A DNA stretch of 64,000 bases. Source: a virus. The notes below the pieces were generated by a model, which saw only the letters and a program-made list of their open reading frames with translations, searched no databases and had not been told where the DNA came from. Shown here piece after piece: positions 8,397 to 16,706 of this stretch (positions are counted from its first letter, which is position 1; every line of letters begins with the position of its first letter). The position numbers were made by a program, and so were the translations under genes. The stretch spans positions 1 to 64,000 of the IMG/VR virus record IMGVR_UViG_3300033149_003801. One strand, written 5' to 3'.

Positions 8397-8429
8397 CAGC
8401 TTTCGTAGCATTGTATATGAGGGGGCAAG

Positions 8430-9767
8430 ATGAACAAAGAGCAGCTAGAAATGCTGGTAGCAAGCATTCCGGGATGGAACGCTTGGCGCAAGGAAAACCA
8501 TAATGTAGAGATACATCTAGCCGGAGTGAATCTGCATGGAGCTAATTTAGTAGGTGCAGATCTAAGCAGAGCTAATCTGCATAAGGCCGACCTGAGCGGG
8601 GCCGACCTACACAAGGCTGACTTACGCTGGGCTAACCTAGAAGAGGCTGATCTGAGGGAGGTCAACCTACACAGGGCCAATCTGAAAGAGGCCGACCTGC
8701 GCCTGGCCAGCCTGAGGGAGGCCGATCTGAGTGGGGCCGACCTGCGCGAGACCGACCTGAGCGGGGCCAACCTGCGCCTGGCTAACCTGCGCCTGGCCAA
8801 CCTTGTGCAGGCAAGCCTTCATAAGGCGGACCTCCATGAGGCAGACTTAACTGGCACTGATCTGAGTGAAGCAGTTATGAGTGAGGCAGTTCTGAGATTG
8901 GCTAACCTTCGTGGAGCTGACCTGAAAGGAGTCGACCTACACAAGGCTGACTTGCGTGAAGTAGACCTGAGAGAAATTAGACTGGTCGGGATAAACATGA
9001 GTGGCGCTAATCTAGCAGGGGTCAATCTGCGCTCTGCAAATTTGTTTCACACAAATCTTCGTGAAGCAGATTTGCATGAAGCAAAGCTAGTTAACGCAGA
9101 CATGGAGTTCGTCAATCTGTGTAGAGCGAACTTGCATAGAGCTTCTCTTAGTGGAGCTAACTTGAGCGGGGCTGACCTGTATAAGGCAGATCTTTCAGAG
9201 ACAAACTTGCTTGGGGCAAGCATAGATGGGGCAGATATACGTAAGGCTGACTTGTATGGATCTAGCCTATATAAGGCCGACCTAAAATACTCAAAATTGC
9301 AAGGAGCCAATCTAACTTGGGCGAGTCTTATCAATGCTAACCTGCTTAGCACCGACCTAGATGGAGCTAATCTGGGCGGAGCGAGTTTGAGTGGTGCTTA
9401 TCTACATAAAGCCAACTTAAGCGGGGTGAAGGGTCTGCTTAAACAGGGGGAATGGCTAAAAGAGAATCTTGAATTTACGCCAGAAGGTGTTATAGCCTAT
9501 AAGGCGTTTGGCATGTATCATGCAGCTCCAGATAGTTGGCGTATAGAAGTTGGTGCAGAACTGCACGAAGTGTGCAACCCTAGTCCAACAAGTAATTCAG
9601 GATCAGGAATTCATGTAGCCACACTGCCCTGGGTTAGACGCTTTGTTAAGTCAAAGACAGTTTGGAAAGTTCTCATTCCCTGGGGTTCACAAATTGTGGT
9701 TCCCTATAACACAGCAGGAGAATTTCGCGTAGACACAGTTCGATTATTGGAGGTAGTAGCAGGGTGA
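8430..9767 (+). CDS. pentapeptide-repeat protein with unassigned ~110-aa C-terminal domain
   Basis: About 60 consecutive A(D/N)LxX pentapeptides (aa ~30-333), then KGLLKQGEWLKENLEF...CNP...GSGIHVATLPW...VPYNTAGEFRVDTV. Confidence 0.9.
   Translation: MNKEQLEMLVASIPGWNAWRKENHNVEIHLAGVNLHGANLVGADLSRANLHKADLSGADLHKADLRWANLEEADLREVNLHRANLKEADLRLASLREADLSGADLRETDLSGANLRLANLRLANLVQASLHKADLHEADLTGTDLSEAVMSEAVLRLANLRGADLKGVDLHKADLREVDLREIRLVGINMSGANLAGVNLRSANLFHTNLREADLHEAKLVNADMEFVNLCRANLHRASLSGANLSGADLYKADLSETNLLGASIDGADIRKADLYGSSLYKADLKYSKLQGANLTWASLINANLLSTDLDGANLGGASLSGAYLHKANLSGVKGLLKQGEWLKENLEFTPEGVIAYKAFGMYHAAPDSWRIEVGAELHEVCNPSPTSNSGSGIHVATLPWVRRFVKSKTVWKVLIPWGSQIVVPYNTAGEFRVDTVRLLEVVAG
8517..9428 (+). 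repeat. 15-nt-periodic coding repeat (pentapeptide repeats)
   Basis: Reiterated GC(N)GA(C/T)CT(G/A)... units. Produces R/S/L-rich mirror ORFs on the - strand. Confidence 0.85.
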
Positions 9768-10783
9768 AAGCAGCACAACTGGTTAGATTGAAAAAGGACA
9801 TAGCGAGTTGGAACATCTGGTATCAGGAGAATCCCAATGAGCAGATTGACCTAAGCTGGTCTGACATGATTGGAATTGACCTACATGAGGCTGACCTACA
9901 TGGCGCAAACTTGCAGGGGACTAATCTGGAGGATGCAAACTTGCGTAGGGCCGACCTAAATGGGGCTGACCTGCGTTGGACTGATTTACACGAGGCAAAC
10001 CTGAGAGGAGCCAACCTGTATAGAGCTAATCTTGAGCGAGCAAACCTGCAAGAAGTTGATCTCAGCTGGTCTAACCTGCAAGAGGCTATCCTGTGCAAGG
10101 CAGATATGTGGCAGGCGGATCTACACTGGTCTAACATGAGCGAAGCAAGCTTGTATGAGGCCAACCTAAGAGGGACTGACCTACATAAGGTTGATCTGTA
10201 CAATGCTGACTTGCGTCACGCTGATCTCAGCTTGACAGACTTGCACAATGCAAGTCTGCGCAAGGCTGACCTTAGCTGGTCTAACCTGCAGGAGGCAAAC
10301 CTATGCGAGGTTGATTTGCAAGAGGCGAATCTATACCAGTCCAACATGCGTAGAGCAAATTTGTGTGAGGCAAACTTAAAAGGAGCTGACCTGCGCCGAG
10401 CTAATCTGTGTGATACCGACCTGCGTCACGCTAACCTGAGTGGGACGAAGGGTTTGCTTAAACAGAAAGAATGGCTCAGAGAGAATCTTGAGTTTACACC
10501 AGATGGTATTGTAGCCTACAAGGCGTTTGGTTTGTATTTTAAGGTCCCTGACAGTTGGCATATAGAAGCTGGTGCAGAGCTGTATGAGGTATGCAACCCC
10601 TGTGCAACGAATGATTGTGGATCGGGGGTAAATGTGGGCACATTAACTTGGGTAAAATATCACTCCGAAACAAGAAAGATTTGGAAAGTTCTTATTCCTT
10701 GGGGCGCACGAATTGTAGTTCCCTATAACACAGCAGGAGGATTTCGCGTAGATACAGTTCGACTGTTGGGTGTGGTAGAATAA
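9764..10783 (+). CDS. pentapeptide-repeat protein, paralog of 8430..9767 with the same C-terminal domain
   Basis: GTG start overlaps the upstream stop (GTGA). Pentapeptide repeats cover aa ~29-228. C-terminal domain is about two-thirds identical to the upstream copy by hand alignment. Confidence 0.9.
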   Translation: MKAAQLVRLKKDIASWNIWYQENPNEQIDLSWSDMIGIDLHEADLHGANLQGTNLEDANLRRADLNGADLRWTDLHEANLRGANLYRANLERANLQEVDLSWSNLQEAILCKADMWQADLHWSNMSEASLYEANLRGTDLHKVDLYNADLRHADLSLTDLHNASLRKADLSWSNLQEANLCEVDLQEANLYQSNMRRANLCEANLKGADLRRANLCDTDLRHANLSGTKGLLKQKEWLRENLEFTPDGIVAYKAFGLYFKVPDSWHIEAGAELYEVCNPCATNDCGSGVNVGTLTWVKYHSETRKIWKVLIPWGARIVVPYNTAGGFRVDTVRLLGVVE

Positions 10784-10810
10784 ATTGGAATCTTGATGAA
10801 AAGGAGAAGG

Positions 10811-11005
10811 ATGTTGACAACTAAAGAGTCGGAAGACATCTACCAGGTGTTGGCGGATTTATATCATAAGTTGGTCGATATTGGTAATACACCAGAGGAG
10901 GCGGCATATGTTATAGACTCTACATTGCAAGAGGCTAGACACAAGAGTCACGACCGTACAGTAGATGAGTCGGGAGAAGACACGAAGGGGCATGTATTAT
11001 GCTGA
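10811..11005 (+). CDS. hypothetical protein
   Basis: ATG at 10811 after AAAGGAGAAGG. Confidence 0.5.
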   Translation: MLTTKESEDIYQVLADLYHKLVDIGNTPEEAAYVIDSTLQEARHKSHDRTVDESGEDTKGHVLC

Positions 11006-11094
11006 AAACAGCGAATGGCCAATAATTAGACATGCGAAGTAGACAAGTGGAAAAGATTGTTAATTGCACTAGTCAGAAAGTATAGGAGCACAGA

Positions 11095-12108
11095 ATGAGT
11101 GACCAGACAAACCAGGTAATAGCTGATATGCTTCGGGAGAATACGGGTGCACACTTGTTGGATAGCGGAAATTACTATGGGCGGCATTGGAAACATAATC
11201 GACAAATTGTAGATTTTGAAGATGAAAAAGAAGTAGAGCTCTATATTGATGATGTCTGTGGCATAGACATGACCATATCTGTATATCACTTTCTCACCAA
11301 AGCTCTGGAATTCTCTGAGGAGCTTGACCAGCTTTACAGTTGGTGGTTAAGTGAAGAGACCAGAATGTGGGAGCAGAATTCTCTCAAATGGCCCAATGGA
11401 TCAGCAATTCAAGACAGAGAATCTTCTTATCACCTCTCGGATATGAGGGACTTTGTTGATTGGCTGCGAGCAGAGGGCTTTGGAGTCTCTGGACTATATG
11501 GCGAAGGAGACCCATTTGTTGTCAACACATACAATGGTGCGTGCTTGCTAAGCCAAACGCTACAGTATATCTATTTTGAGCTTACCGCTCTACCTATGTG
11601 TCCAGACTCTACGGAACTAACCTGTGGTAGATATTGTCTTCTGCAAATACACAATGGATGTGATGCTAGAGGTGGATACACAGCACCAAGGGCCTTTAAG
11701 GTCCTTTCAGAGGAGGAATCACACCTTTTTCACGTCGCAAGAGGAACGATCATCTGCGAAAAAGACTATAGACATGCGTGGACTACAGACGACGCCTACA
11801 ATTGGTATCCAACAGGTAGCGACACAGGAGAGAAGCTAAATGATTACGAGGTGATTAGTCTTGAAGACGACAGCCTCATAGAGGAATTTAGAGAATGGAA
11901 AGCCAACCAGAAAAAAGTAATTCGTGTTGAAGATGGACAACAAGCGCTACCATTTATTGAAAATCCAGAGAAGCGCATGGAAGAAGTGAATAGTAAGATA
12001 ATTGCTACTGTCGGTGAATATGTTGCTCAGGTCTACAAGGCTGTCGGATGTGTAGATGGTACAGGCTTCTGTCCAATTTGTAATGGAAAGCTCAACGGAT
12101 ATATGTAA
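11095..12108 (+). CDS. hypothetical protein (C-terminal CPIC motif)
   Basis: 337-aa ORF with SD TAGGAG. Confidence 0.7.
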   Translation: MSDQTNQVIADMLRENTGAHLLDSGNYYGRHWKHNRQIVDFEDEKEVELYIDDVCGIDMTISVYHFLTKALEFSEELDQLYSWWLSEETRMWEQNSLKWPNGSAIQDRESSYHLSDMRDFVDWLRAEGFGVSGLYGEGDPFVVNTYNGACLLSQTLQYIYFELTALPMCPDSTELTCGRYCLLQIHNGCDARGGYTAPRAFKVLSEEESHLFHVARGTIICEKDYRHAWTTDDAYNWYPTGSDTGEKLNDYEVISLEDDSLIEEFREWKANQKKVIRVEDGQQALPFIENPEKRMEEVNSKIIATVGEYVAQVYKAVGCVDGTGFCPICNGKLNGYM

Positions 12109-12209
12109 GGAACATACTATGAACTAGGAAGCTATGCAGGATAGTCAACTAATTTATTGTGTTCTTGCATAGCTTTCTAGGAGAAAATGACCCTGTGTCA
12201 AAACGAAAT

Positions 12210-12238
12210 TTGACATTTTGTGAATAATGTAGTATGAT
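12210..12238 (+). promoter_or_regulatory. sigma70-type promoter
   Basis: TTGACA (12210-12215), 17-nt spacer, TATGAT (12233-12238), in a 230-nt intergenic gap. Confidence 0.6.
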
Positions 12239-12337
12239 TCAAGTATCAAGGAGGGCATAATGTACTAGAGGGGCTTACCTAACGCTGACAGATGGATAGT
12301 TAACATTCTTTGGATTTACAGGATAGCATCACAAAAT

Positions 12338-12766
12338 ATGACGAGTAAGATAATTCCAGAGGGACATGAAGCGAAGCTTTTTTGGATGTCACTCCCAGGA
12401 TCTCCCGTAGAAAGCATATTCAACGGACGGAAATTAGTCATTGAATTTGATAAAGAGACTTTGGAATTTCCAAAGATTTCTCTCTGGGAGAGACGAGATT
12501 GCGAGCAATACATAATGGTCCTAGTTGCTCACAGAGGGGCAGATCGTGTATGGTTTGAAAGCAATGACTTTGAAACTCTACAGACTACCTCTCAGCTATG
12601 GGCTTTTAGCATAGTGAACTGGGCCATTACTTCAGGTAACATGAGCAGTCTTTACAAAGAAATGGAGGGCAGTAACGATGAAATGGAGATAGACATAGAC
12701 GAGCTGATTACAGAAATCGAGGAGTTTCTAAAAGAATGCAAAGGAGAGGATAATGAATTTAATTGA
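12338..12766 (+). CDS. hypothetical protein, acidic C-terminus
   Basis: ORF. No SD at 12338 (see finding on the leader). Confidence 0.55.
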   Translation: MTSKIIPEGHEAKLFWMSLPGSPVESIFNGRKLVIEFDKETLEFPKISLWERRDCEQYIMVLVAHRGADRVWFESNDFETLQTTSQLWAFSIVNWAITSGNMSSLYKEMEGSNDEMEIDIDELITEIEEFLKECKGEDNEFN

Positions 12767-13031
12767 CTTTCAAAACAAATATGTTACAGAAACCGAGTCT
12801 CTCATAGCAACTCTTAACAGCCTAAATCCTTTTGAAGCTAGTGAAGAGGAGCTAGACACCCTGTGTACGGCATTAAGTGTCCTATCTGATATGCTTCGTC
12901 TTGTAAAAAGAATCAACGAGATATTGGCTTGTTCTGCGCTAGAGAGTTCAGCAGAAGAGGAAATCACAGATGTTATTGATGAAGAGAGTCCACAAGATTT
13001 AATTAAGCCAGATCTCTGGCCTGGGCAGTAG
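12753..13031 (+). CDS. hypothetical acidic protein
   Basis: SD AAAGGAGAGG. Overlaps the upstream gene. Confidence 0.6.
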   Translation: MNLIDFQNKYVTETESLIATLNSLNPFEASEEELDTLCTALSVLSDMLRLVKRINEILACSALESSAEEEITDVIDEESPQDLIKPDLWPGQ

Positions 13032-13037
13032 GTTAAT

Positions 13038-13466
13038 ATGACCGACCAGGAACAGGACCTCCATCCCTATAGAATACGAACATTGGAGGTATGGGAAATA
13101 GGCATTCTACTCGATGCCTATAACGAGAGGGACGCTATCGAGCGTTATCTAAATGGTGAGGAGGGCGAACGTGAATACGTTCGCCCCCGCAGGATCGTAG
13201 ACCCAAATGAATGGATTGTAGAATCCAGAGAACCTGAGAAACTGTTTGAGGAGGCTATCGGGTTACTAATGGAGTTATCTACAGATCCAGAATGTCCAGA
13301 ACATATTTTAGAATTCCTAAAGAGGATTGAAGAATATGCTGACCAAAGAGCAAATGCTAGTGAAATGGGAGATGGAAGCTACAGCGATAGAGATACCAGA
13401 GATTCTGACACAGGAGATACCTCAGCAAATTTCTCCGACTGGCTGTCTGAGGCTTGGGGAATTTGA
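13038..13466 (+). CDS. hypothetical acidic protein
   Basis: ORF, D/E-rich. Confidence 0.6.
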   Translation: MTDQEQDLHPYRIRTLEVWEIGILLDAYNERDAIERYLNGEEGEREYVRPRRIVDPNEWIVESREPEKLFEEAIGLLMELSTDPECPEHILEFLKRIEEYADQRANASEMGDGSYSDRDTRDSDTGDTSANFSDWLSEAWGI

Positions 13467-13995
13467 CGAAAGATATCTTATTAAAATATGCCAAAGTATA
13501 CTTCATTTCCTGGGGCACAGAATCGAGAAGAATACTAAGATATCTCGTTCCAGAACGATGGACACAGAGACTGGACCTGTGGTGGAATACAATCCACACC
13601 GATCACGGGACCTTTTGATATGGTCATTCTTCCATGAGATTGTACACTGTCTATTTAATCCATTCATACTCTCGGCCTCTAGGGAGCTGCTAGAGTGGCT
13701 AGTAGAGTTAACTACATCCGGTCTGTTAACTCTATTTATGTTTGAGCAAAATTCCCAGCGAGCGCTACGTGAGGCTCACGAGTGGGGAATGCAAGCAGAG
13801 GATATGCCCGCTAGTCTTGTGGTAAAGGAAGCTTTCACTGAAATGTGTATTGACGTAGCTATTCGATTCATCATGCTCTTTAGGGCTGCAGAGGCTTACC
13901 AGGGTATCTCTCGGCAAGTAGAAAATCCAGAGGTTTCTCTACAAAGTGGTCCTACCTTTGGAATTCCTCAAGGAGTAATTCCGTGGATGACATAA
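13327..13995 (+). CDS. HEXXH-motif protein (possible zinc metallopeptidase); start uncertain (alternative ATG at 13558)
   Basis: Contains FFHEIVHCLF. The longest ORF overlaps the previous gene by 140 nt, so the true start is probably internal. Confidence 0.5.
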   Translation: MKNMLTKEQMLVKWEMEATAIEIPEILTQEIPQQISPTGCLRLGEFDERYLIKICQSILHFLGHRIEKNTKISRSRTMDTETGPVVEYNPHRSRDLLIWSFFHEIVHCLFNPFILSASRELLEWLVELTTSGLLTLFMFEQNSQRALREAHEWGMQAEDMPASLVVKEAFTEMCIDVAIRFIMLFRAAEAYQGISRQVENPEVSLQSGPTFGIPQGVIPWMT

Positions 13996-14303
13996 ATGGA
14001 AGGAACTCACCATCTCTCTGGACAGTTATCTTTGCCAAAAAGGCAGCGGTCTTTGTAACCCAGGAGGATGTAGGAGTATTTCGCGTAATAGCAAGTTCCC
14101 CAACGCAAGCTGTACGAGCTGTTCTTGATCATCGCGTGGAAATAACGCAAGCTCCAGGTAACTTTCCTCAGGGAATGACTGTCTTCTTATGCCTGGATGA
14201 GCTAAACATCGTCACTATTGAAGTCAATAACTTCATAGCTGGACTGATGAATATTTCTACAGGCGAGGAGGGAAAGGAGTATGGGCAAGGTTTGTCTACT
14301 TAG
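13983..14303 (+). CDS. hypothetical protein
   Basis: GTG after AAGGAG. Confidence 0.5.
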   Translation: MDDINGRNSPSLWTVIFAKKAAVFVTQEDVGVFRVIASSPTQAVRAVLDHRVEITQAPGNFPQGMTVFLCLDELNIVTIEVNNFIAGLMNISTGEEGKEYGQGLST

Positions 14304-15087
14304 AGATACTTGGGAGCGGTTCTTGGACGTCGCAAAGGATTTGGATGTAGGTCCGCATAGACTTGCGTCGTATCTGGTACTAGATCATTCTGAGATTGCT
14401 AGTGAATCTAGTTCTGCTTATATAAAAAGCTTTGAAATTAAGCCTCACATGAGGGACCTATCTACTGCTCGACTTGCAATGTCAGCTCATGCGAAGCTAA
14501 TAGATTTGTCAATGGCACTAGACATAAGAATGTATGCGATCTTGACGGCAATACTAGAGGATAACATGCCTACGCTTCAGGTGCTCCCCGACACTTTTAG
14601 CGGGCTAAAACATCTGCATGGACGGAGGCGGATTAACGTCACAAAGCATATTTCCATAGACCAGTCTGTGTACGACTGGATATGCCGTCGAGCACGTGTG
14701 CAAAGTGTAGAGCGCGAACAGGACATTACCCCTGCGGACTATGCAGAGAGTATACTAACCAGCTTGGACTTTACTGTTCTAGCAGAAAAGATAGATACCG
14801 GACTCATAACAGAGGCTATCATCAGAGACAATACTGAATCGTCGTCAAAAGGGCGGTCGCTTCGAGTATCTCCTGGTGTATATGAGATGATAGATCGAAT
14901 GGCTAAGTCACTAAATGTCTCTAAAAAGACCATGCTTTCTTTCCTAATCAGACGTGAGCTGAAGGCAAGTGAACTAGAAATTACCTTGAACCGACAATTA
15001 CTTCCCTCTGACCTACAGAAGCGATGGACATTCCTTCTGCAGGAATTTTTGCAAGATGAACCAGATGATCCCTTTAGTTATAAATAG
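14281..15087 (+). CDS. hypothetical protein with four RHH-like (beta-alpha-alpha) modules
   Basis: SD GGAAAGGAG. Repeated pattern, e.g. RSLRVSPGVYEMIDRMAKSLNVSKKTMLSFLIRREL. Confidence 0.65.
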   Translation: MGKVCLLRDTWERFLDVAKDLDVGPHRLASYLVLDHSEIASESSSAYIKSFEIKPHMRDLSTARLAMSAHAKLIDLSMALDIRMYAILTAILEDNMPTLQVLPDTFSGLKHLHGRRRINVTKHISIDQSVYDWICRRARVQSVEREQDITPADYAESILTSLDFTVLAEKIDTGLITEAIIRDNTESSSKGRSLRVSPGVYEMIDRMAKSLNVSKKTMLSFLIRRELKASELEITLNRQLLPSDLQKRWTFLLQEFLQDEPDDPFSYK

Positions 15088-15553
15088 TATGTTGATCACA
15101 TACATTGCAACTTGCCTTCTGTTGACTTGGATAGTAGGGAAGATATTTAGGTGGTTTAGGAAGAGACATGCAGCACGATGCTCGCCGCTAGAGACGGAAT
15201 GTATTGAGCCTGTCAAGGCAATAGTGGGAGAGGAAGCCTGGTCGGCTATGTGCGAGTTGCGCAAGCACAATGACGCCGCTCGTGTTCAAGCGTGGAGCAA
15301 CGCTCCTGCTGCAGCAAAAGCGATAGCCGACGTGTATGGCCTGAACTTAGCAGAAGCTCTTTTTGAATCGAATGTTAGTACGCTTGATGATGACTTACAG
15401 GAAGTACCTGTTCCAGGAGGATGGCCAGCTGATGAGGATGTCTCTTTTGGACCACCATATTTCTGTTATAGCGAAGGAGGGAAAACCAAGGTTGCTAAGC
15501 GCGGTTCAGACATGTATAGCAAAATTTCTGTGGCACTGAAAGTAAGGAGGTAA
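15056..15553 (+). CDS. membrane-anchored hypothetical protein (start may be 15089)
   Basis: N-terminal TM helix LITYIATCLLLTWIVGKIF. Confidence 0.55.
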   Translation: MNQMIPLVINSMLITYIATCLLLTWIVGKIFRWFRKRHAARCSPLETECIEPVKAIVGEEAWSAMCELRKHNDAARVQAWSNAPAAAKAIADVYGLNLAEALFESNVSTLDDDLQEVPVPGGWPADEDVSFGPPYFCYSEGGKTKVAKRGSDMYSKISVALKVRR

Positions 15554-15556
15554 TAA

Positions 15557-15844
15557 ATGAACGAAAAGATTGTACAGAGGATGAAGCTTCTCGGATTTCC
15601 GCTTAGGGCAAAGATTTTTGAGTTGCTCTGTGAGAGGGAATACACACATGCCGAACTTAGCAGTGCACTGCAAACTTTCTTCGGCGTGTGGGAGCATCTC
15701 CAAAAAATGGTAAATGCTGGATTGCTAATCAAGATCGAGGTAGAACGACGAGACATTCGCTATCGAGCAAACCCGCAGGCTATAGAGGAGATGGTTAGCA
15801 CCTTGAAGAAACTGCAATCTGTCATCCATCTTGGGGATGAATGA
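15557..15844 (+). CDS. ArsR/SmtB-like winged-helix transcriptional regulator
   Basis: RAKIFELLCEREYTHAELSSAL...HLQKMVNAGLLIK...R.IRY layout. SD AAGGAGG. Confidence 0.7.
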   Translation: MNEKIVQRMKLLGFPLRAKIFELLCEREYTHAELSSALQTFFGVWEHLQKMVNAGLLIKIEVERRDIRYRANPQAIEEMVSTLKKLQSVIHLGDE

Positions 15845-15887
15845 AAGTTAGTTGCTAAGAGAAAGCAAAAATGTAGAAAGGAGAGAC

Positions 15888-16706
15888 ATGCCAAGGCTGG
15901 ATCAAGAGGATGTAAGTAAGAGTCCACTGCGTTGCCTATTTTATGGTCCGATTGGTGCAGGAAAGACCTTCCTGTGTGGATCGGCCCTCAAGGTAGAGGA
16001 AATGTGTCCGGTTTTCTTTGGAGACGTAGACGGAGGGTCTGAGTCCTGCAGAGACGTATTTTTGAGTCACTGGGATCAGGTGGAGGTTTGGAAAATAGCC
16101 TCATACGACGATGTTGGTGCTTTAGCTACCGCTTTGTTTAGTGCCAAAAGCCCTTTCAAAACAGTAGTGCTAGACGGCCTCACAGAGTTCCATGCTCTGC
16201 TTATGCGTGAGCATTTAGCTAAAGAAGGGAGAGTAGATTCTCCGCCTTTCCTTCAGGATTATGGAGCAGTATCTAAAACAATGTTAGACTTTCTGCGAGA
16301 GATAAAGGACACATCTAACGTACATTTCCTGACTACTGCAGGAGAGGGCATCGACAAAGATGAGATATCTGGAGCTATGCATATCACTCCCGACATTGTC
16401 GGGAAGCTTAGCTTCCGAGCACCTAGATTTTTCCACATCGTTGGATACTTAACTGTAGTATTACCTAGATCTCACAAAGACCAGATTCCCAAGCCAGGAA
16501 TGCGAAGGCTACAACTTCAACCAGTGAACCGAATTCGTGCAAAGGATAGAACACCGGGACAGCCTCTAGGTAATGCCTTAGAGAACCCAACTATGCGCAT
16601 CATCTATGATGCGGTATACTATGGAAAGCGCGTCGCACCGGGGAGCGACGCATCTACAGAAGAGCACCAGAGAAATATAAAGGAGACAAAGGATGCCAGT
16701 AATTAA
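15888..16706 (+). CDS. RecA-fold ATPase, Sak4/AAA_24-like recombination protein
   Basis: ATG after GAAAGGAGAG. Walker A YGPIGAGKT, Walker B VVLDGLTEF. Followed by a DUF669-like gene. Confidence 0.8.
   Translation: MPRLDQEDVSKSPLRCLFYGPIGAGKTFLCGSALKVEEMCPVFFGDVDGGSESCRDVFLSHWDQVEVWKIASYDDVGALATALFSAKSPFKTVVLDGLTEFHALLMREHLAKEGRVDSPPFLQDYGAVSKTMLDFLREIKDTSNVHFLTTAGEGIDKDEISGAMHITPDIVGKLSFRAPRFFHIVGYLTVVLPRSHKDQIPKPGMRRLQLQPVNRIRAKDRTPGQPLGNALENPTMRIIYDAVYYGKRVAPGSDASTEEHQRNIKETKDASN

Noticed and set aside
8384-10203. Long - strand ORFs (8384..8800, 8819..9025, 9047..9352, 9823..10203) rich in R/S/A/L repeats
   Set aside because: They are mirror translations of the pentapeptide-repeat coding arrays on the + strand. 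They have no SD and run opposite to the whole early arm.
8517-10447. Regular 15-nt periodicity that could be mistaken for a CRISPR array or satellite
   Set aside because: The period is far shorter than CRISPR repeat-plus-spacer units and there are no unique spacers. It is fully explained by in-frame A(D/N)LxX pentapeptide coding.
12260-12338. Possibility that TAG is reassigned (stop-codon recoding), suggested by the in-frame TAG at codon 3 upstream of ORF 12338
   Set aside because: All large genes (polymerase, SNF2, terL, tape measure, fibre) are intact under the standard code. Many well-supported ORFs end in TAG (e.g. 186..599). The 23-codon open stretch is compatible with chance.
13327-13466. 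Programmed frameshift linking ORF 13038..13466 to the HEXXH ORF
   Set aside because: No slippery heptamer was noted. The two proteins have unrelated composition. An internal start of the second ORF is the simpler explanation.
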